DNA from: Perna viridis
Lineage: Eukaryota
Direction of reading: 5' to 3'
Assembly (NCBI GenBank): GCA_037379345.1
Contig: CM074518.1
Coordinates: 18,848,001-18,912,000, forward strand
DNA length: 64,000 nucleotides
Positions 28,363 to 41,439 of the stretch are shown here, in pieces. Under the pieces are notes generated by a model. That model ran no database searches, had not been told where the DNA came from, and saw nothing but the letters and a program-made list of their open reading frames with translations. Position numbers and translations under genes: made by a program. Position 1 is the first letter of the stretch. Each line of letters begins with the position of its first letter.

Positions 28363-29817
28363 ATTAAGAACTTAGTTATACTTGACGAACAAACACTTGT
28401 TCTTTCATAATATATTTACACTGTGAAGTAAAATATTGGAACAAACAATGACTAACTGAAGGGAAATCTAAGTTGGTTTTTGTTTACAAAAAGGCACGTC
28501 TCCCTCTCCCTCCTCTTCAAAAGTTCAAGGGAGTATAACTCACACAGAATTCAGTGAATCATCAATTTCCGGTTATATGCAGTAACTACTGGGGAGGGGA
28601 GACATAATTCATTCCTAAAGACAGTTGGATGTACATTTGAGAAAGAAGAAACTTAAAGCCAGTTGGAAAATTGATTTAAAATAGGTTGTAATTGTTGGTT
28701 AAAAAAGCCTGGTATAGACACTATTAAATAGAACAGTTTGGAGTGTGATGAAGCAAGACAATAGGGCTTATAGTCTCATCACATGACCCAGTGAATTCCC
28801 AAAAATGCCACAGGTCCCTGATTCCCATTCAAAAGCTTCCAGAGTTGTTGTTTATGATGCAAAAGACTACAATCTAAAAAAAAAATACTGATAACTGTAT
28901 ACCATATGGGTGTATCTGTAGCAAACTTAATACAATTCAGTCTTCATTTTTTTTTTAAATGCTTTTAACATAAGAAATTCTGGATTAAAAATAAATAGAC
29001 AACAAGACTTGCAAGCCCTATATGGGCATGGAATATCTAATCTGTATTTAATAGAGGTTTCCATGGAAAAAATGCCTTAGAAACAACCATATCATATCAG
29101 AAGTTGGAATTTCTAATACATTCTGTACTGTATAAGAGTATTTTGTTTGTAGTGTAACTTCTGCTGATCTTTGTGGGACATTTCAAGCACTGAAACTATA
29201 AATCCACAAGTATTTCCTCATTATGTACAATTTTCAAAACATGAAAAACATACCCATTTTTCATCCTGGTGGGGTTGTTGTCTCTTTGACATATTCAACA
29301 CATCCATTCTGGTTATAAACAACCAAAATATAAACAACAAAACCTGTGAGCAATACTTTCTAAATTAGATTGCACTTTATGACTTCTGAATTGATCAGGA
29401 TCAAAATCTGAAAAAAAGGATCTGCACAAGAGGATATGTGAAATAAAGTTTTTGTGAAAGTTTCATTAAATTCCATGCAGTGGTGTAGGACAGGTAAATG
29501 ATAAGAGATGGGTACCTCAGTGTCCCCACATTCATAAAGATCTTTCATGTTTTGTTGTGTGAAAACTCAAAATTGATTCTGATAAAAAATTAAAATGACA
29601 AGTGCATAATGGGAATAGGTTATATAGATCCTATGACATTCAGTGGAAGGAAGAGTTAATGAAAAGGGAAGGTTATACCCCCCTGCTTAAAAGACAGAAA
29701 AGTAGGAAGTATGGATGGAAGGATGGACACCCATATCACTATATATCCCAACTTTGCCAGTAGGGGGTATAATAACATTTAGTGGGTAAAACCAAGAAGA
29801 CAGCTAAAATCACATAC

Positions 29818-29823
29818 TTTATT
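29818..29823 (-). terminator. Candidate polyA signal of the minus-strand gene (~2.3-kb 3'UTR)
   Basis: TTTATT on + (AATAAA on -) at the distal edge of the A/C-skewed tract running down from the stop codon at 32110. Confidence 0.35.
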
Positions 29824-32109
29824 GGACTACAGAGTCTACTTCCCATAGAGACAGAACAAAGTATATATACAAATACCTTAAACATATCACAGATATTTTG
29901 CAATGATCAACAATTATTAAATAAAAAAAAACATACCGATGAACTTCAACTTCATTAATTTTTATGAGAAATCTTGTGTTTCTGAAACAAGTATTATTTA
30001 ATGATAAACAACAAGCAAAAACATGACTTCTACATGTATGACTTATTTGGTACACATTCTACATGTACACATTCTACACGTATGATTTATTTGGTACACA
30101 TATACACACTAATTTGAATTAAACTGGATTCAATTAATATTTGTGTTGTTATGTTTGGGGAAAAAATCTCAAAAAGTCAGTTTTAGCATCAAATAGACAA
30201 ATTTCCAAAATTTATAACTCTTTAGCTTCAGAGCAAGACAGCAAATAAACTTTGAAGTGATTTTTATGAAATTGAAGTTCATCCATATTTGCTTAATTCA
30301 TGAATACTCTAACAATCCTACTCCAAGCATTAAAATTTTCGCCGTAATAAATACATTTTTAGATTTTGCAAATTTCGACTGAAAATCTGCACATAAATAT
30401 TGATCATTCCTATGTAAACATAAACTAAACATTTCAGTGATCAATAAGCATTGGTTGTCTTTCAATCTTTACTAAATTAAACAAAAAACCTTTACCAGAC
30501 GAATTATATATCAGACATATCCAGATAACATCATGTAATGGTAATAAATGCATTCTTTCTTAAAATGAAATTTGAATTCTTTCATGAAAGTGATTGTTCT
30601 CACAACAATGGCGATTTTATGTAACAGATTTGATATTGAACTGAAATGGAAAACGGTTCATGTGACCAAGACTTTTTTAAATAGCATGACAATCGATAAA
30701 GTCCTATGAACAATAGCCCTCAGAATGTCGTTTCAGGTTAAAACCAACCAAAGAATTGTCTCTTAATCAAAATAAAAACATAAATAAATTGAAATGTAAA
30801 AATATCTAGCTTTATGCACCAATAAACAATGGCAGACTAAGAAATGAAACTACATATGATCAATGCAATGTAACATGTGCAAGGTATGAACAATGAGAAT
30901 AAACATACACAGAAAAAACTTTGATTGTAGGAAAACATGAAGTTTTAGCAATTTGTTCTCTTTATGATTGTAAGAGTTATTTCCCCTGTATCTTTCAAAT
31001 TATGGTAAATTAAGACTGGATCTGATACTCAATAAAAATATACATCAAAAATACACCCAGCAACAAAGTTAAGCTATAGATTAGGTGTTACAGTTGTAAC
31101 ACATGAACAATATATAACCTGTTGAAACATAACCCTTAATAAACCAAATTGAATATATACCTAAATAATACAAACTGTTTAAATCAATGCTTAAGCCAAA
31201 TAAAATCATAATTCTGAAAGAGGTTAAAAATGCAGATTGAATACATGTAAAAATAACAAGTCTAGTAAAAAAGCAAATTCATTCACATGAAAGCAATACA
31301 AACTAAAAGATCTGTAAATCTTAGCAAAGAGATTTACTAGCCTGTAGGATAGGTAAGAGATGTAAGGATGTGAAATACAAACACTATGAAAGGGACTAAT
31401 GGATAACATTCTAAAGTTTGTTTTAATCAACATTAACTAAAGTACCTTTTATTAAATCACATATTCAAACACTTCTACAAATATCAACTTTACTAAAAAT
31501 ACATGTATATGTACAAACAAAAGAAAACTAAGACCACATATGCTGTGGTGCCAAGGAATTTTGGACATTAAAATGCATTGTGATTGTATTACTGTCATTT
31601 CAAAACATACAGTTTTTTTCTACTTCTATAACATTCTAATGCAAAAAAAAAAATTATTCAACTTCATTTTTATATAAAACCTTTATACAATACTTTTATG
31701 TAAAGATAAGATTTTGTATAAATTTAGTTAAATGCCACCATTAAGGCATAAAGTGCCAGGTTCATTAGTGGACCTGTAATTCAGAAGAAAACAATATCCA
31801 TACGGCCTTGAGCAAAGTCATGGTTGGAACAAAAATAAAGAAAGTCTATGTAGGAAAGATTGTTTGTTCCAAAAAAAAAAGTAGTTATCAATAAATTGGT
31901 TAAGCAAGACAAAAAAAATGGCATAAGTTTCATTAAACCATAAAAAAATATGGAGAATAGAATCAAATGTACTTTTTGTATGGAAATATCACAAGGGGAA
32001 TGAAGTTAGTCTTTGAAGAAATGAAAGGTTCCTACAAATATCACAGTAATCAGATTCAAAGAGTATAATTAGTGTTTTCACTACTGTTACTAAAGGGAGA
32101 TAAATAGGT

Positions 32110-32589
32110 TTAAGTTTCCAATCTTTGGAGTTCATCCCTGACATATTTGATCATGTGGTCCTCACTAGCCTCAGCCTTTGGGCTTGAGTCAAAAAAGTCA
32201 TCTTCCTGTTTTTTATCTGATGTTATACTGTTGCGCCTAGCATCCTGAATGTGACCATCGGACCATAACTGGTCAACTGCTGATTGTTGAGATCCCCTGC
32301 GTGCAGAAGCCTCACCTTTGACGGAATCCTGCTGATTTCTCAAAAGATTTTGTTCACTGCCATTTTGAGCGGATTTTGCTAAGGTAAATGCATCATCTAA
32401 GAGTCTTTCTCCTTCTCTCGTTCTCTCCTCTTTACTTTTTCTCAACAGAGCACTATTAGAATTTAAATAAGCTAAGTTTACTATTTCTCTAGCTTTTTCC
32501 TTTGCTTCCTGGTCTTGTAGAAACCGTCTACGATCTTCTCTTTGTTGTTGTAATAACTGTTGTCGTCTGTTAAGTATTTCAATTAAATC
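32110..32589 (-). CDS. Last coding exon of an unidentified gene (coiled-coil followed by disordered C-terminus)
   Basis: Acceptor TTTTTTTTCAG. 160 codons in phase 0: DLIEILNRRQQLLQQQREDRRRFLQDQEAKEKAREIVNLAYLNSNSALLRKSKEE...YVRDELQRLET-TAA. Coding-like composition; extends the track ORF upstream. Confidence 0.88.
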   Translation of the reverse strand, partial: DLIEILNRRQQLLQQQREDRRRFLQDQEAKEKAREIVNLAYLNSNSALLRKSKEERTREGERLLDDAFTLAKSAQNGSEQNLLRNQQDSVKGEASARRGSQQSAVDQLWSDGHIQDARRNSITSDKKQEDDFFDSSPKAEASEDHMIKYVRDELQRLET

Positions 32590-34095
32590 CTGAAAAAAAA
32601 ATTATAAAATGTGATGAATCAACAAATAGTTAATTTAAAAAATCTATACATAATGCTACTCAAGTCATTTCATGTGAAACTTCATTGTAACTATAATACA
32701 CGAAATATACATACAGATATAAGATTTCATTTAAATTTGAAATCAACTAGAATCTTTAAATTTGACTTAAATTTTAAACTGAAAAAAATGTCATGGCTTT
32801 CTTTTTATATACAAAGCATTCATTCAAAATTCAGATAGGGTCTGACTTCATTTGTTTTAATTAATACATGCACATCCTAAATACTGGCATTTAACTGTTC
32901 TATAATAAAGGCTTGCTCATTTTAAATTTGATGGAAATTATCTGGCTATACAACACTACTTGAAGTACTACATGTATTCAATCAATCTTGAAAAAGACTT
33001 ACACAGCAGTTCTAAACTTCATCAGAATTTCATAAGACTAAAATAAAGTGTATCATGCCACTAGTGAAAGGAAGGGATATGTTAAGGAAGAAAACTGGAT
33101 ACTGTTACTATCTTTTTTTTTACAAATTTTAACATGCAAAAATATAGGTTTAATCTACTGCAAGCCAAGACAGCTATTTGAGGTTCAAAATAAGTAGTAG
33201 TTAAAACTGATGACCAAACTTTAAGGCAGACTTGTAATGTAAGTCCTTAGTATAGGTTGACAAAGAAATGATGATCCTGCACTTAAAAATGAGGAAGCAG
33301 GTATTTTAAATACTAGTATGTAGCAGTTAAAAATAAGTTCTATTGGGCCCCAAACAACCTTAATTGGTAAGTAGGATATGGTTAAATTTCAGCTAAATGT
33401 AGGGTGTTTGAACTTTTATTTGAACCTCTAGCAAGACCTATATCACTAGAATGTGTACAAAGTTTACCTTGTCTGACATACAGTTGGATCTAATCTGTAA
33501 TGAACACATACATGCACGATAAAAATACCTTTAAAAATGCTATTTTTATGAAACATTTCATGGACTAAAAAATAAAACCTTTCAATGCAATACACCAACT
33601 AAGATTAAATCATTTTTATACCAATGAAAACTAAAAGATAGCATTCAATGTCCATGCAAATCAGATGCCTCTATAACCATATTAAACAATCTACCAATAG
33701 AATCTCATTCTATCTCTTGTTGGAGGTGTAATACTAGTTACTCTTCTATAATCTGAAACATTCTGATATAACTCCTTTACTACAATTTCTGACAAAGGAA
33801 TAATTGGTGATTTTACAAATATGGAAATAATATTTATTATAAATTTTCAAAGCACTCTGAGATTTAGTTAATTGAAACTCTGTTAGATAAAGTGATGAAG
33901 ATATTTTTTTTGCAATCCAAATTGATCAGTGAATTCTGATGAAATGGTTCTAAATAATACATATGGATAGTAAAAAAAAATAACAAAGTTTATCTGAGCA
34001 AATGAGATTCTACAAATACATCATTCTAGCTATAATAAAAACCTAATGGTGAAATAATCCCAATACATGCATTTGTCATGCATATACATTGGTAC

Positions 34096-34272
34096 CTGAG
34101 TTGGGTGCTGTGGAGAAATGGCTGACCCCACTAAGTTTTTGACCTCTGACCGTGTATCAAGGTCATTTGATTTTTGAGGTAAGTGAGTGTTGTGAAAGTA
34201 CTCTGTGATAATGTTCTGTGGACGGTTACAGTCTACTTCTAACAATGGCTGTGTGAGAATGGAGTCATCATG
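34096..34272 (-). CDS. Internal (possibly cassette) exon of the minus-strand gene
   Basis: Acceptor CCCTTCTTCAG, donor CAG|GTACCA. 177 nt, phase 0-0, open: HDDSILTQPLLEVDCNRPQNIITEYFHNTHLPQKSNDLDTRSEVKNLVGSAISPQHPTQ. Confidence 0.7.
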
Positions 34273-36299
34273 CTGAAGAAGGGTAAGTCATACAGGTTAG
34301 TACCAGATATATTTGCTATTATAACAAGTAGTAAGGGACCATCCAAGATTTGATCTTCAATATCTCAACCCCCTTTCTTGTCTGCTGATAGAAAGAGCTG
34401 ACAGCATCCCAGTCAAAATCACTTTAGGGTCAATGTGAGTGCATTATCTACTGATCAATGGCATAATCCAGGAGAGGATAAAATTTTTCTGTTTTGAGTT
34501 CAAGTCATCTAAAATTAATGCAAACAATACCCCAATGTGACTTCAATGAATGGATGCTTAATTTTCTAGGAGCTGGCAGTAAAGTGAAAGAAAATTGATC
34601 TAATGGTTTGATTTTTATTGAAATAGATAGTAATTAGTGATAAAATTTAAGGATTGTAAACTAAAATGATATCGATGATTCTACGAAAATATTCTGGTAA
34701 ACAAAGTAATTCTCATTAGTGAACTATGCATCATTTAAACTAGATTGAGTTACTGACATAGTAATATATATCTACTGGTACAGATCATGCTATACCGGTA
34801 AATGTAAAATGTACTAAACTAAAATTTTCCTTTTAGAATAGAGCATGATGCAATATATAATTCATTATACATTGCTTTTGTACTGTGACTAAAGAAATAG
34901 CCTTCAAAATAAGTTCTCAAGTTCACAGTATTGCCCAACTATTCATTAAAATAATAATGGAAGTTGTGAAATGGCTAAGTTAACCATACATATGAATAAT
35001 AAATATGTAAAAAAAGAAGCCACATTAAAAGGTAAAAATAGCACTAAATATAAATAAAATGTGATGAAAAAGTAGAAAGGGAGGCCATTTTTTTCCTGAA
35101 GGCCTCCATAAGAGGTGAATAACATAGTGTAAGAAGAGATAATCCCAATTGTATGAACAAAACTTCTGAGTTTTTACTGTTTATATGTGGCTTATTTTAT
35201 AACTTTTTTTTATATTATTTTTATTTTGTAAAATTTTTGACCCCTGTTTTTTTTCATTTGGTTAAATGAAAAAAACTAGAAAGTGATTCAAATGCAATTG
35301 AAAGCCCTATTGAGAGTTACAAGAATCAAATAAAAGTCGTAAACCTGCTACAGATTGTTTTGAATTTTCCTTTTGATTGAACACATTTTATTAATTGGTG
35401 GATTCACATTTGGAGCAAAATTAATCACTGAAATCTGCCAAAGGATTAGCCATGTTACGCAACACATCATTTACATGTTTTAGAGCGGTAATTCAACCTA
35501 AATTGGAGAAACTGAAACCTAATGATTTAATGTTCCATTGCATCTTAAGTTATGCAACTGCACAAGGCCTTTTAGCAAAACCACTAAGTACGGTAGAAAT
35601 TAAATTGCAGTATAATGAGTGCTTACATGCAATACTGCGCTAAGCTTTAAGGCAGCTGAATAATTAATGTCAAATAAATCTAGAAGGAAGAAATTCTAGG
35701 GTGAAAATCATCCTTACATAGCCTTTAAACATACATTTGTTAGGTTTCCAACTTGTTAAATGAGATATGGTGTTTTCAGAAAATTCTCTCACCAAGAGTT
35801 AATTGAATGGCTTCCAATCCACACACCCTACCACTAATTATCATATTTCAATGTTACATATACTGAGTACTAGACAAGAAATTATCTATAAAACCTGGCA
35901 AACTTAACAGGAGTAACAAACAAATCTAAATGAGAATAATATTAGTAGTTCCCAACCATCAGAAACAAACCAACAATTATATGCTTATAGAACTGGGAAT
36001 ATTGAGGCTATAACCAATCCATGAGGGCCATAAATATCCATTGTAAACATAAGGTTCACTGTTCTAACTACATGTAATATAATAATGGTGTTCTATTTCA
36101 TGTCAAGCCAAGTGAGTTATGAAAAAGTAATGAATGGCAAACTAATCCATCAAGTTTGGTTGGCAATTCACTTATTTCTTAAAAATGGTGTCACTATCTT
36201 CTGACATGCTAGTAATTGGCTAATATTGCAAAACAGTTTGTTTCTCGTTTGTCAAGAGAGAAGCCAATTAAGGCTCTAATTATTACAATAGGACTCAGA

Positions 36300-36402
36300 C
36301 TGTTGGAAATACTGTTTTCTCTTTTCTTGAAATGTCTGCATGTGGACATGTTCTGTTGGAAATACTGTTTTCTCCTTTATTGAGATGTCTGCATGGACAT
36401 GT
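36300..36402. repeat. Tandem duplication (~53 bp)
   Basis: CTGTTGGAAATACTGTTTTCTC...ATGTCTGCATG..GACATGTT occurs twice. Confidence 0.85.
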
Positions 36403-36556
36403 TGTTGTAACACTAAAATGGTTTGGTTGAAAAAAAAAAAAAAGATTAAAGCAAAAAACTGACTACCTGACTACAGAATGTGACAACTGTCCAAGTTAAT
36501 CTACCGTTAATTAAAATAAGATCTATCAATTGTTCAATTCAGACACAGCATATAGT

Positions 36557-36712
36557 ATCTAACAACTCTCCATTCTACTTTCTGTTCTAATGACCTTTCT
36601 GATCAGGCAATTAGATTTCATCTTCCATGATTTTGGAGGCATAATTCAAAGGGAAAAACCTGAAGATTCTGAAGGTTATTAGAACAGAAAGTAGAATGAA
36701 GTATTGTTAGAT
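36557..36712. repeat. Inverted repeat (foldback or MITE remnant)
   Basis: 36571-36597 CATTCTACTTTCTGTTCTAATGACCTT pairs with 36672-36698 (1 mismatch); outer arms ATCTAACAA/TTGTTAGAT. Confidence 0.8.
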
Positions 36713-36948
36713 CTTTCATGCAGTGATTGAGTGGAATTTATAGCTCAATAATTATATTGTTGTTCCAGTAAGTCCTTGCTTAACTTTGGTAAGTAGATAC
36801 AATTGAGGGCTTTCCAATTAATGTCAGTGTACCAGTAGTACATGTTCCAAGAATTTCATCTAAGGTTTCTATTTTAATTTCAAGTCAGCTGTGTTCCTCC
36901 TGCATAAGAGTACACATAACATCCATCATATATAGATGTAGAGATCAG

Positions 36949-37439
36949 TTTGTTTGTTTGTTTGTTTGTTTGTTGGGGTTTAACGTCCGAGCAGCAATAT
37001 TTCAGCTATATTCAGACGATGAACATGAAATTGATGATAAAATGAACATGAAATGAAAATTTCAAATTTTGATTGCCACTGGAAATAGGGAGAGGTGGGT
37101 AGGATCGGACAATTTAGACCCCTGTGGCGGAGCCCTATGGTTCCTTCTCCGGAAGAATACCACAGTAGGGTTCTTTAACGTGCGAGGAACATGGCATCTT
37201 TCCCACCACGGTGCACCACTATGGTTTGCAGTCAGGTTTTCTGTATTATACCCTGACAACCCCAGCATGTAACACGCCAGGGGTACCCCATTCCACCACC
37301 TGGGGCACACATCCCAGTTGCTCTGTGGGCAGAGCGCCCTAGCCCCCAGGTAGGGTTCTGAGCACTATTTAGTCGCCTTTTACGACAAGCTTAGCGCTGC
37401 TGCAGGCCTATTCTTTTTACACCCTGACCTGCACGGGGC
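36949..37439 (-). mobile_element. Young non-autonomous retroposon (SINE-like) with (CAAA)n tail and 12-bp TSD
   Basis: TGTAGAGATCAG at both 36937-36948 and 37440-37451; (GTTT)n at the left end. GC- and CpG-rich. Carries the Deu/Nin-like motif GCACGTTAAAGAACCC on - and the tail ATATAGCTGAAATATTGCTG...CGTTAAAC. Confidence 0.9.
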
Positions 37440-37589
37440 TGTAGAGATCAGAGAAGTCTGTGAAACGTACCAGTCTATAAAGGAAGTACCAATAGTGAAT
37501 GATGCACTAGATAATAAAAGAAGCTACCAAGCTGGAAACATCATTGTTCAGAACTATACCTTATTGGTATTCCTCCGTGAGATTCTTAC

Positions 37590-37652
37590 TCCATCTTTAG
37601 CATCTATTCTCCTTGGAGCGGCTCTCATGCTGCGTCCTAGCTTCATCTCATC
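37590..37652 (-). CDS. Internal exon of the minus-strand gene
   Basis: Acceptor TTTTTATCTTTCCAG, donor GGA|GTAAGA. 63 nt, phase 0-0: DEMKLGRSMRAAPRRIDAKDG. Confidence 0.78.
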
Positions 37653-37982
37653 CTGGAAAGATAAAAAGTTCTACTACTGTAAACCAAGGAATGTTTGCAA
37701 TTTTTGCAGTAAGAGCTGTAAAGCAAAAGTATGACTGTTGTGTATTTTTTAAAAGAACATTATACTATAATTTGGGGAAGATCATGAATTTAAAACTGTG
37801 TGAAAGGTGATCAATCACAGAAACTGTGAAAAAAAGATGATGCAGTAATTTCCCAGTTTACAGTATATTGTTTTATTTTTAACTTCCTTCTTAACCCTTT
37901 TTAATAATAAATATCATGAACATCACTAAGGAGCAAGGTCATTTACAGCAAAAATTTGGGTGTCCATATCAACAAAACATGA

Positions 37983-38088
37983 ACTACCTGATCAGCCACT
38001 ACCAGATAACTACCTGATCAGCCACTACCAGATAACTACCTAATCAGCCACTACCAGATAACTACCTGATCAGCTGCTACCAGATAAC
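37983..38088. repeat. 26-bp tandem repeat, 4 copies
   Basis: AACTACCTGATCAGCCACTACCAGAT repeated. Confidence 0.92.
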
Positions 38089-40486
38089 ATTAAAATGATT
38101 TTATAGCACATACAGTGATGCTGTTAAGGAAAAGCTTGAATAAATGAAAAGCACCTAATGAACTGTCTCAGGTAGTGAACTAGACAAATGAGATATAGAG
38201 ATTAAAACTTTCCATCAGACACAGATTTGAATACCTATGGAATGATAGAAGCTTCCTCTCAATTATTCAGTTAACTACTTATGCAAGTTCATCAAATTCA
38301 TCAAGAGAAGATACATGCCAAATATTAAAAGCCTAAGTCAGATGACAAAAGAGTTATGGCCAGTACAAACTTAGGATGAAAAGAAGAAGAAGAATCATTC
38401 ACAAATTAACAATATGTGCTCCTTCTGTATATCTGAACATATAGGATCACAGACTTGGTGACGGACAGACAGATAAAAGTCCATATTGTCTCCATTAAGG
38501 AGAAAGACACGTTGAGTTTAATGCTTTACCAAACTGTAGATTACTGACAACACATGAAATAATCCATTAACACATTGCCTGAGATAAGAATGATATTACA
38601 ACATGGACAGAACTGTTTGCACCAAATGTCTTTCTATTGGTAATGTGCCCATTAGACAATGGGACAAGAACATGAAAAAAAAACACTAATGAACTACACC
38701 ATATAATCCATCAGACAATGACTGATATAGGAATACTATTACAATATGGATTATATACCAAGAAAACTCATCCATGTTATTGCATAGAGCTGACAGTGCT
38801 CCTATCAGAAGCTAAAACAAGGATGTACATTATATAATGTAAGGGAACAAAACAATAAAAACTTATGCACAGATTCAATTGTAACATGCACCAAGTACCT
38901 TATGAGGTGGGTGTAAAAACTATTGAACCATACAGTTTGTGTAACAATGCCATAACTAACTATAAGTCAATTCACTTCCAGAAAACACACTGATATCAAC
39001 ATGACATTCAGTGATAAGTATGGATACAACTACTTGTACTCTGTGCAAGGGGCATAACTTTTGCTAACAAGACAATAAGTTAATAAAGAATTTTAATATT
39101 CCATTTACTTTCAACAATTCTATTTGAATAAATGTTTAAAAGTACACTGTGCTAATAGTTGATGATGATGATGATGAACACAGTTCTGAAAATATCACAT
39201 TTCTAAGAATTTCCTTGAAAATTTATTCTACAGAATTTGTAAAACTCATCAGAAAACATCAGATAGGTTCCATGAATTTGTAAGTAGGAAAGATAATTGC
39301 ATGAGTTGAAGGCATAATGCTCAAAATGACTTCTCATAAACCTAAATTAAATTCTTATGTTCACGCTTGTTTAAATTGAAGACCATCTGTAACATTAAGA
39401 TGGAAATTAACCTTTACTAAATCTATTCTGAGATAAGTCAGTTGTGTAAAATTTAAGGATGATTAAATCCAAATAGACATAAACGAACCGCATGTTATAG
39501 CTTCTTTGACTTAAAGCATTCGTAAATGGATTTAAAACCGTATAGAGCTTAAGAAAATTTATATGAAGTGAACACAATAATATCTGGAGACATATATCAA
39601 CTCTGAAATCTCGAAGACAGTAGATGTTAATACATTTTAAAAGTACTCTTGATTTTTCAGCACTTTTAACAATTTCAAAGTACCGTAATGAGAATTTCAG
39701 ATCATTTAAAGAATGTTTCTTTTTCTGAATAGTGTATACAAAATAACATGTTCAAAAATTATAAATATTACTTATCATTTAATTTTAAGTGGATTCTAAT
39801 CCAAATATTAAGAATTGGTTTCCCAGCAAAAATAATTTTTTTTGGGATTACTTGAATTGTAGAGTGAGGACTGATTGATATTAAAAATGTCACAGTACCA
39901 AAGAAAGATATACAAAATAACTTATTGAAAAATTAGAAACATTACTTATAATTTAATGTTGAATGGATTTAAATACAGTCCAGTGATTGTTGTTTTTTTC
40001 TCTATATATTATGTCGATTTCTGTCTTTTATGAATAGTTTCACATTAATTTGGGACCTTTTTATAGCTTTATGGTACAAGTTTTGCCCACCATTGAAAAT
40101 CATGTGGTGACCTGTAGAAGTTCAATTGTTCACTGCATGGCATTTGGTGGATGGCTATCTCATTGGCAATCATACCACATGTCCTGTTTTTATATAACTG
40201 AAAGAGATCCTAACAATCAGACAGCTTGTATCAAATCAAATTATCGTCATGCAAAATGAAAAAAATCATTAAAACAAAACAAGAAAGTTTCATGGTAGTT
40301 CTATTGTCGCTATTTTGGCAGTAAGACTTTTATCATGAAAATAAAAAAGTCAAAAATTTTTTTTTTCAATATGTATTTACTATTTTCATGCTGTAAGGCT
40401 AATAAAATTAGGCAAATTTATTACAGCACAAAAGTGGAACAATTAAAAGAAGAAAAAACTTTGAATCTGGATAAAGATGTGTAAAA

Positions 40487-40578
40487 TGAAATTTTCCCGT
40501 GTTTCATCGAATAGTGGGACATATCTGTATTAAAGGTGCGTCTGATTTATCATGTGACTCAAGGATTTAGTTAGTTTC
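40487..40578 (+). repeat. Split direct repeat A1
   Basis: TGAAATTTTCC...TTTCATCGAATAGTGGGA...AAAGGTGCGTCTGATTT...GACTCAAGGATTTAGTTAGTTTC, repeated at 44284-44375. Confidence 0.92.
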
Positions 40579-40595
40579 TCCCTGACAGTCGTAGT

Positions 40596-41251
40596 GTGAA
40601 GATGGACATTGGGATAATTTCTCCGATTCGTAGGGCCATCGCAGGCGAAGTTGAAAATGCTGTATCTAATACTAAGCAGGATTTATTAAATAGCATGGCT
40701 ATACTAATGGACTCCAGACTGAACAATTTGCAATCTAACTTACAACAATCACAGTTAGAGTTGTCCAACACTCAACGTACGAAATTTGAGGAAACTGTAT
40801 CTGATAATTTTAAGTTTCCCCGCAAAGGGAATGAAAACCAGTTTTGACACAGTGTGAAAGTGATGTCTAAGTCAAAGGAAGCCCAATCCGTTTTGGACTC
40901 ATTGGAAGTAGCGGCAGCAAAGGAGAAAATAAGCGAAAGGTACGGTTTTAGTTAGAGAGACAGAAGTTGATAAAGTTAGCTGATTCAAGCAAGCTAGGAT
41001 GGAAGGTTGTGCACGAGTATGAGGCGAACCCCATCGTAGACGACTGTGAGGATGAAAAGCGTATGAGCAGGGCACAAGTGAAAGCAGAAAAGAAGTCTAA
41101 GACAGAGAAAAATAAGAGGCGTAGGCAAATGGAGCCATATTGTAAGGATAAAGAAGGAACAGGCAAATCCTTTAAGCCAGGAAGGTGTTTTACTTGTGAC
41201 CCTCGTTGCCATTGGAGCTACTCTTGTCCAGAAAACAAGGATCTCAGTTAA
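40596..41251 (+). pseudogene. gag-like ORF of the YR retrotransposon (stop plus frameshift)
   Basis: Fragments ...FPRKGNENQF*, RQKLIKLADSSKLGWKVVHEYEANP, and zinc-knuckle remnant CFTCDPRCHWSYSC. Confidence 0.85.
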
Positions 41252-41439
41252 GTACCTTTAATTCTTTTGAGGTTTTTAATGACATGTCAGTAGACAATAA
41301 AATATCTTATTCTAAGGTAGAATATTTGCCTATGGACAGTATTTGGCAAGGTGGTAATGATAATTTATTGAATGTAAGTTCAAATGATAATAGATTCAAA
41401 ATTTGTATTTTTAATCCTTGGTATACCTGTAGGTACATT

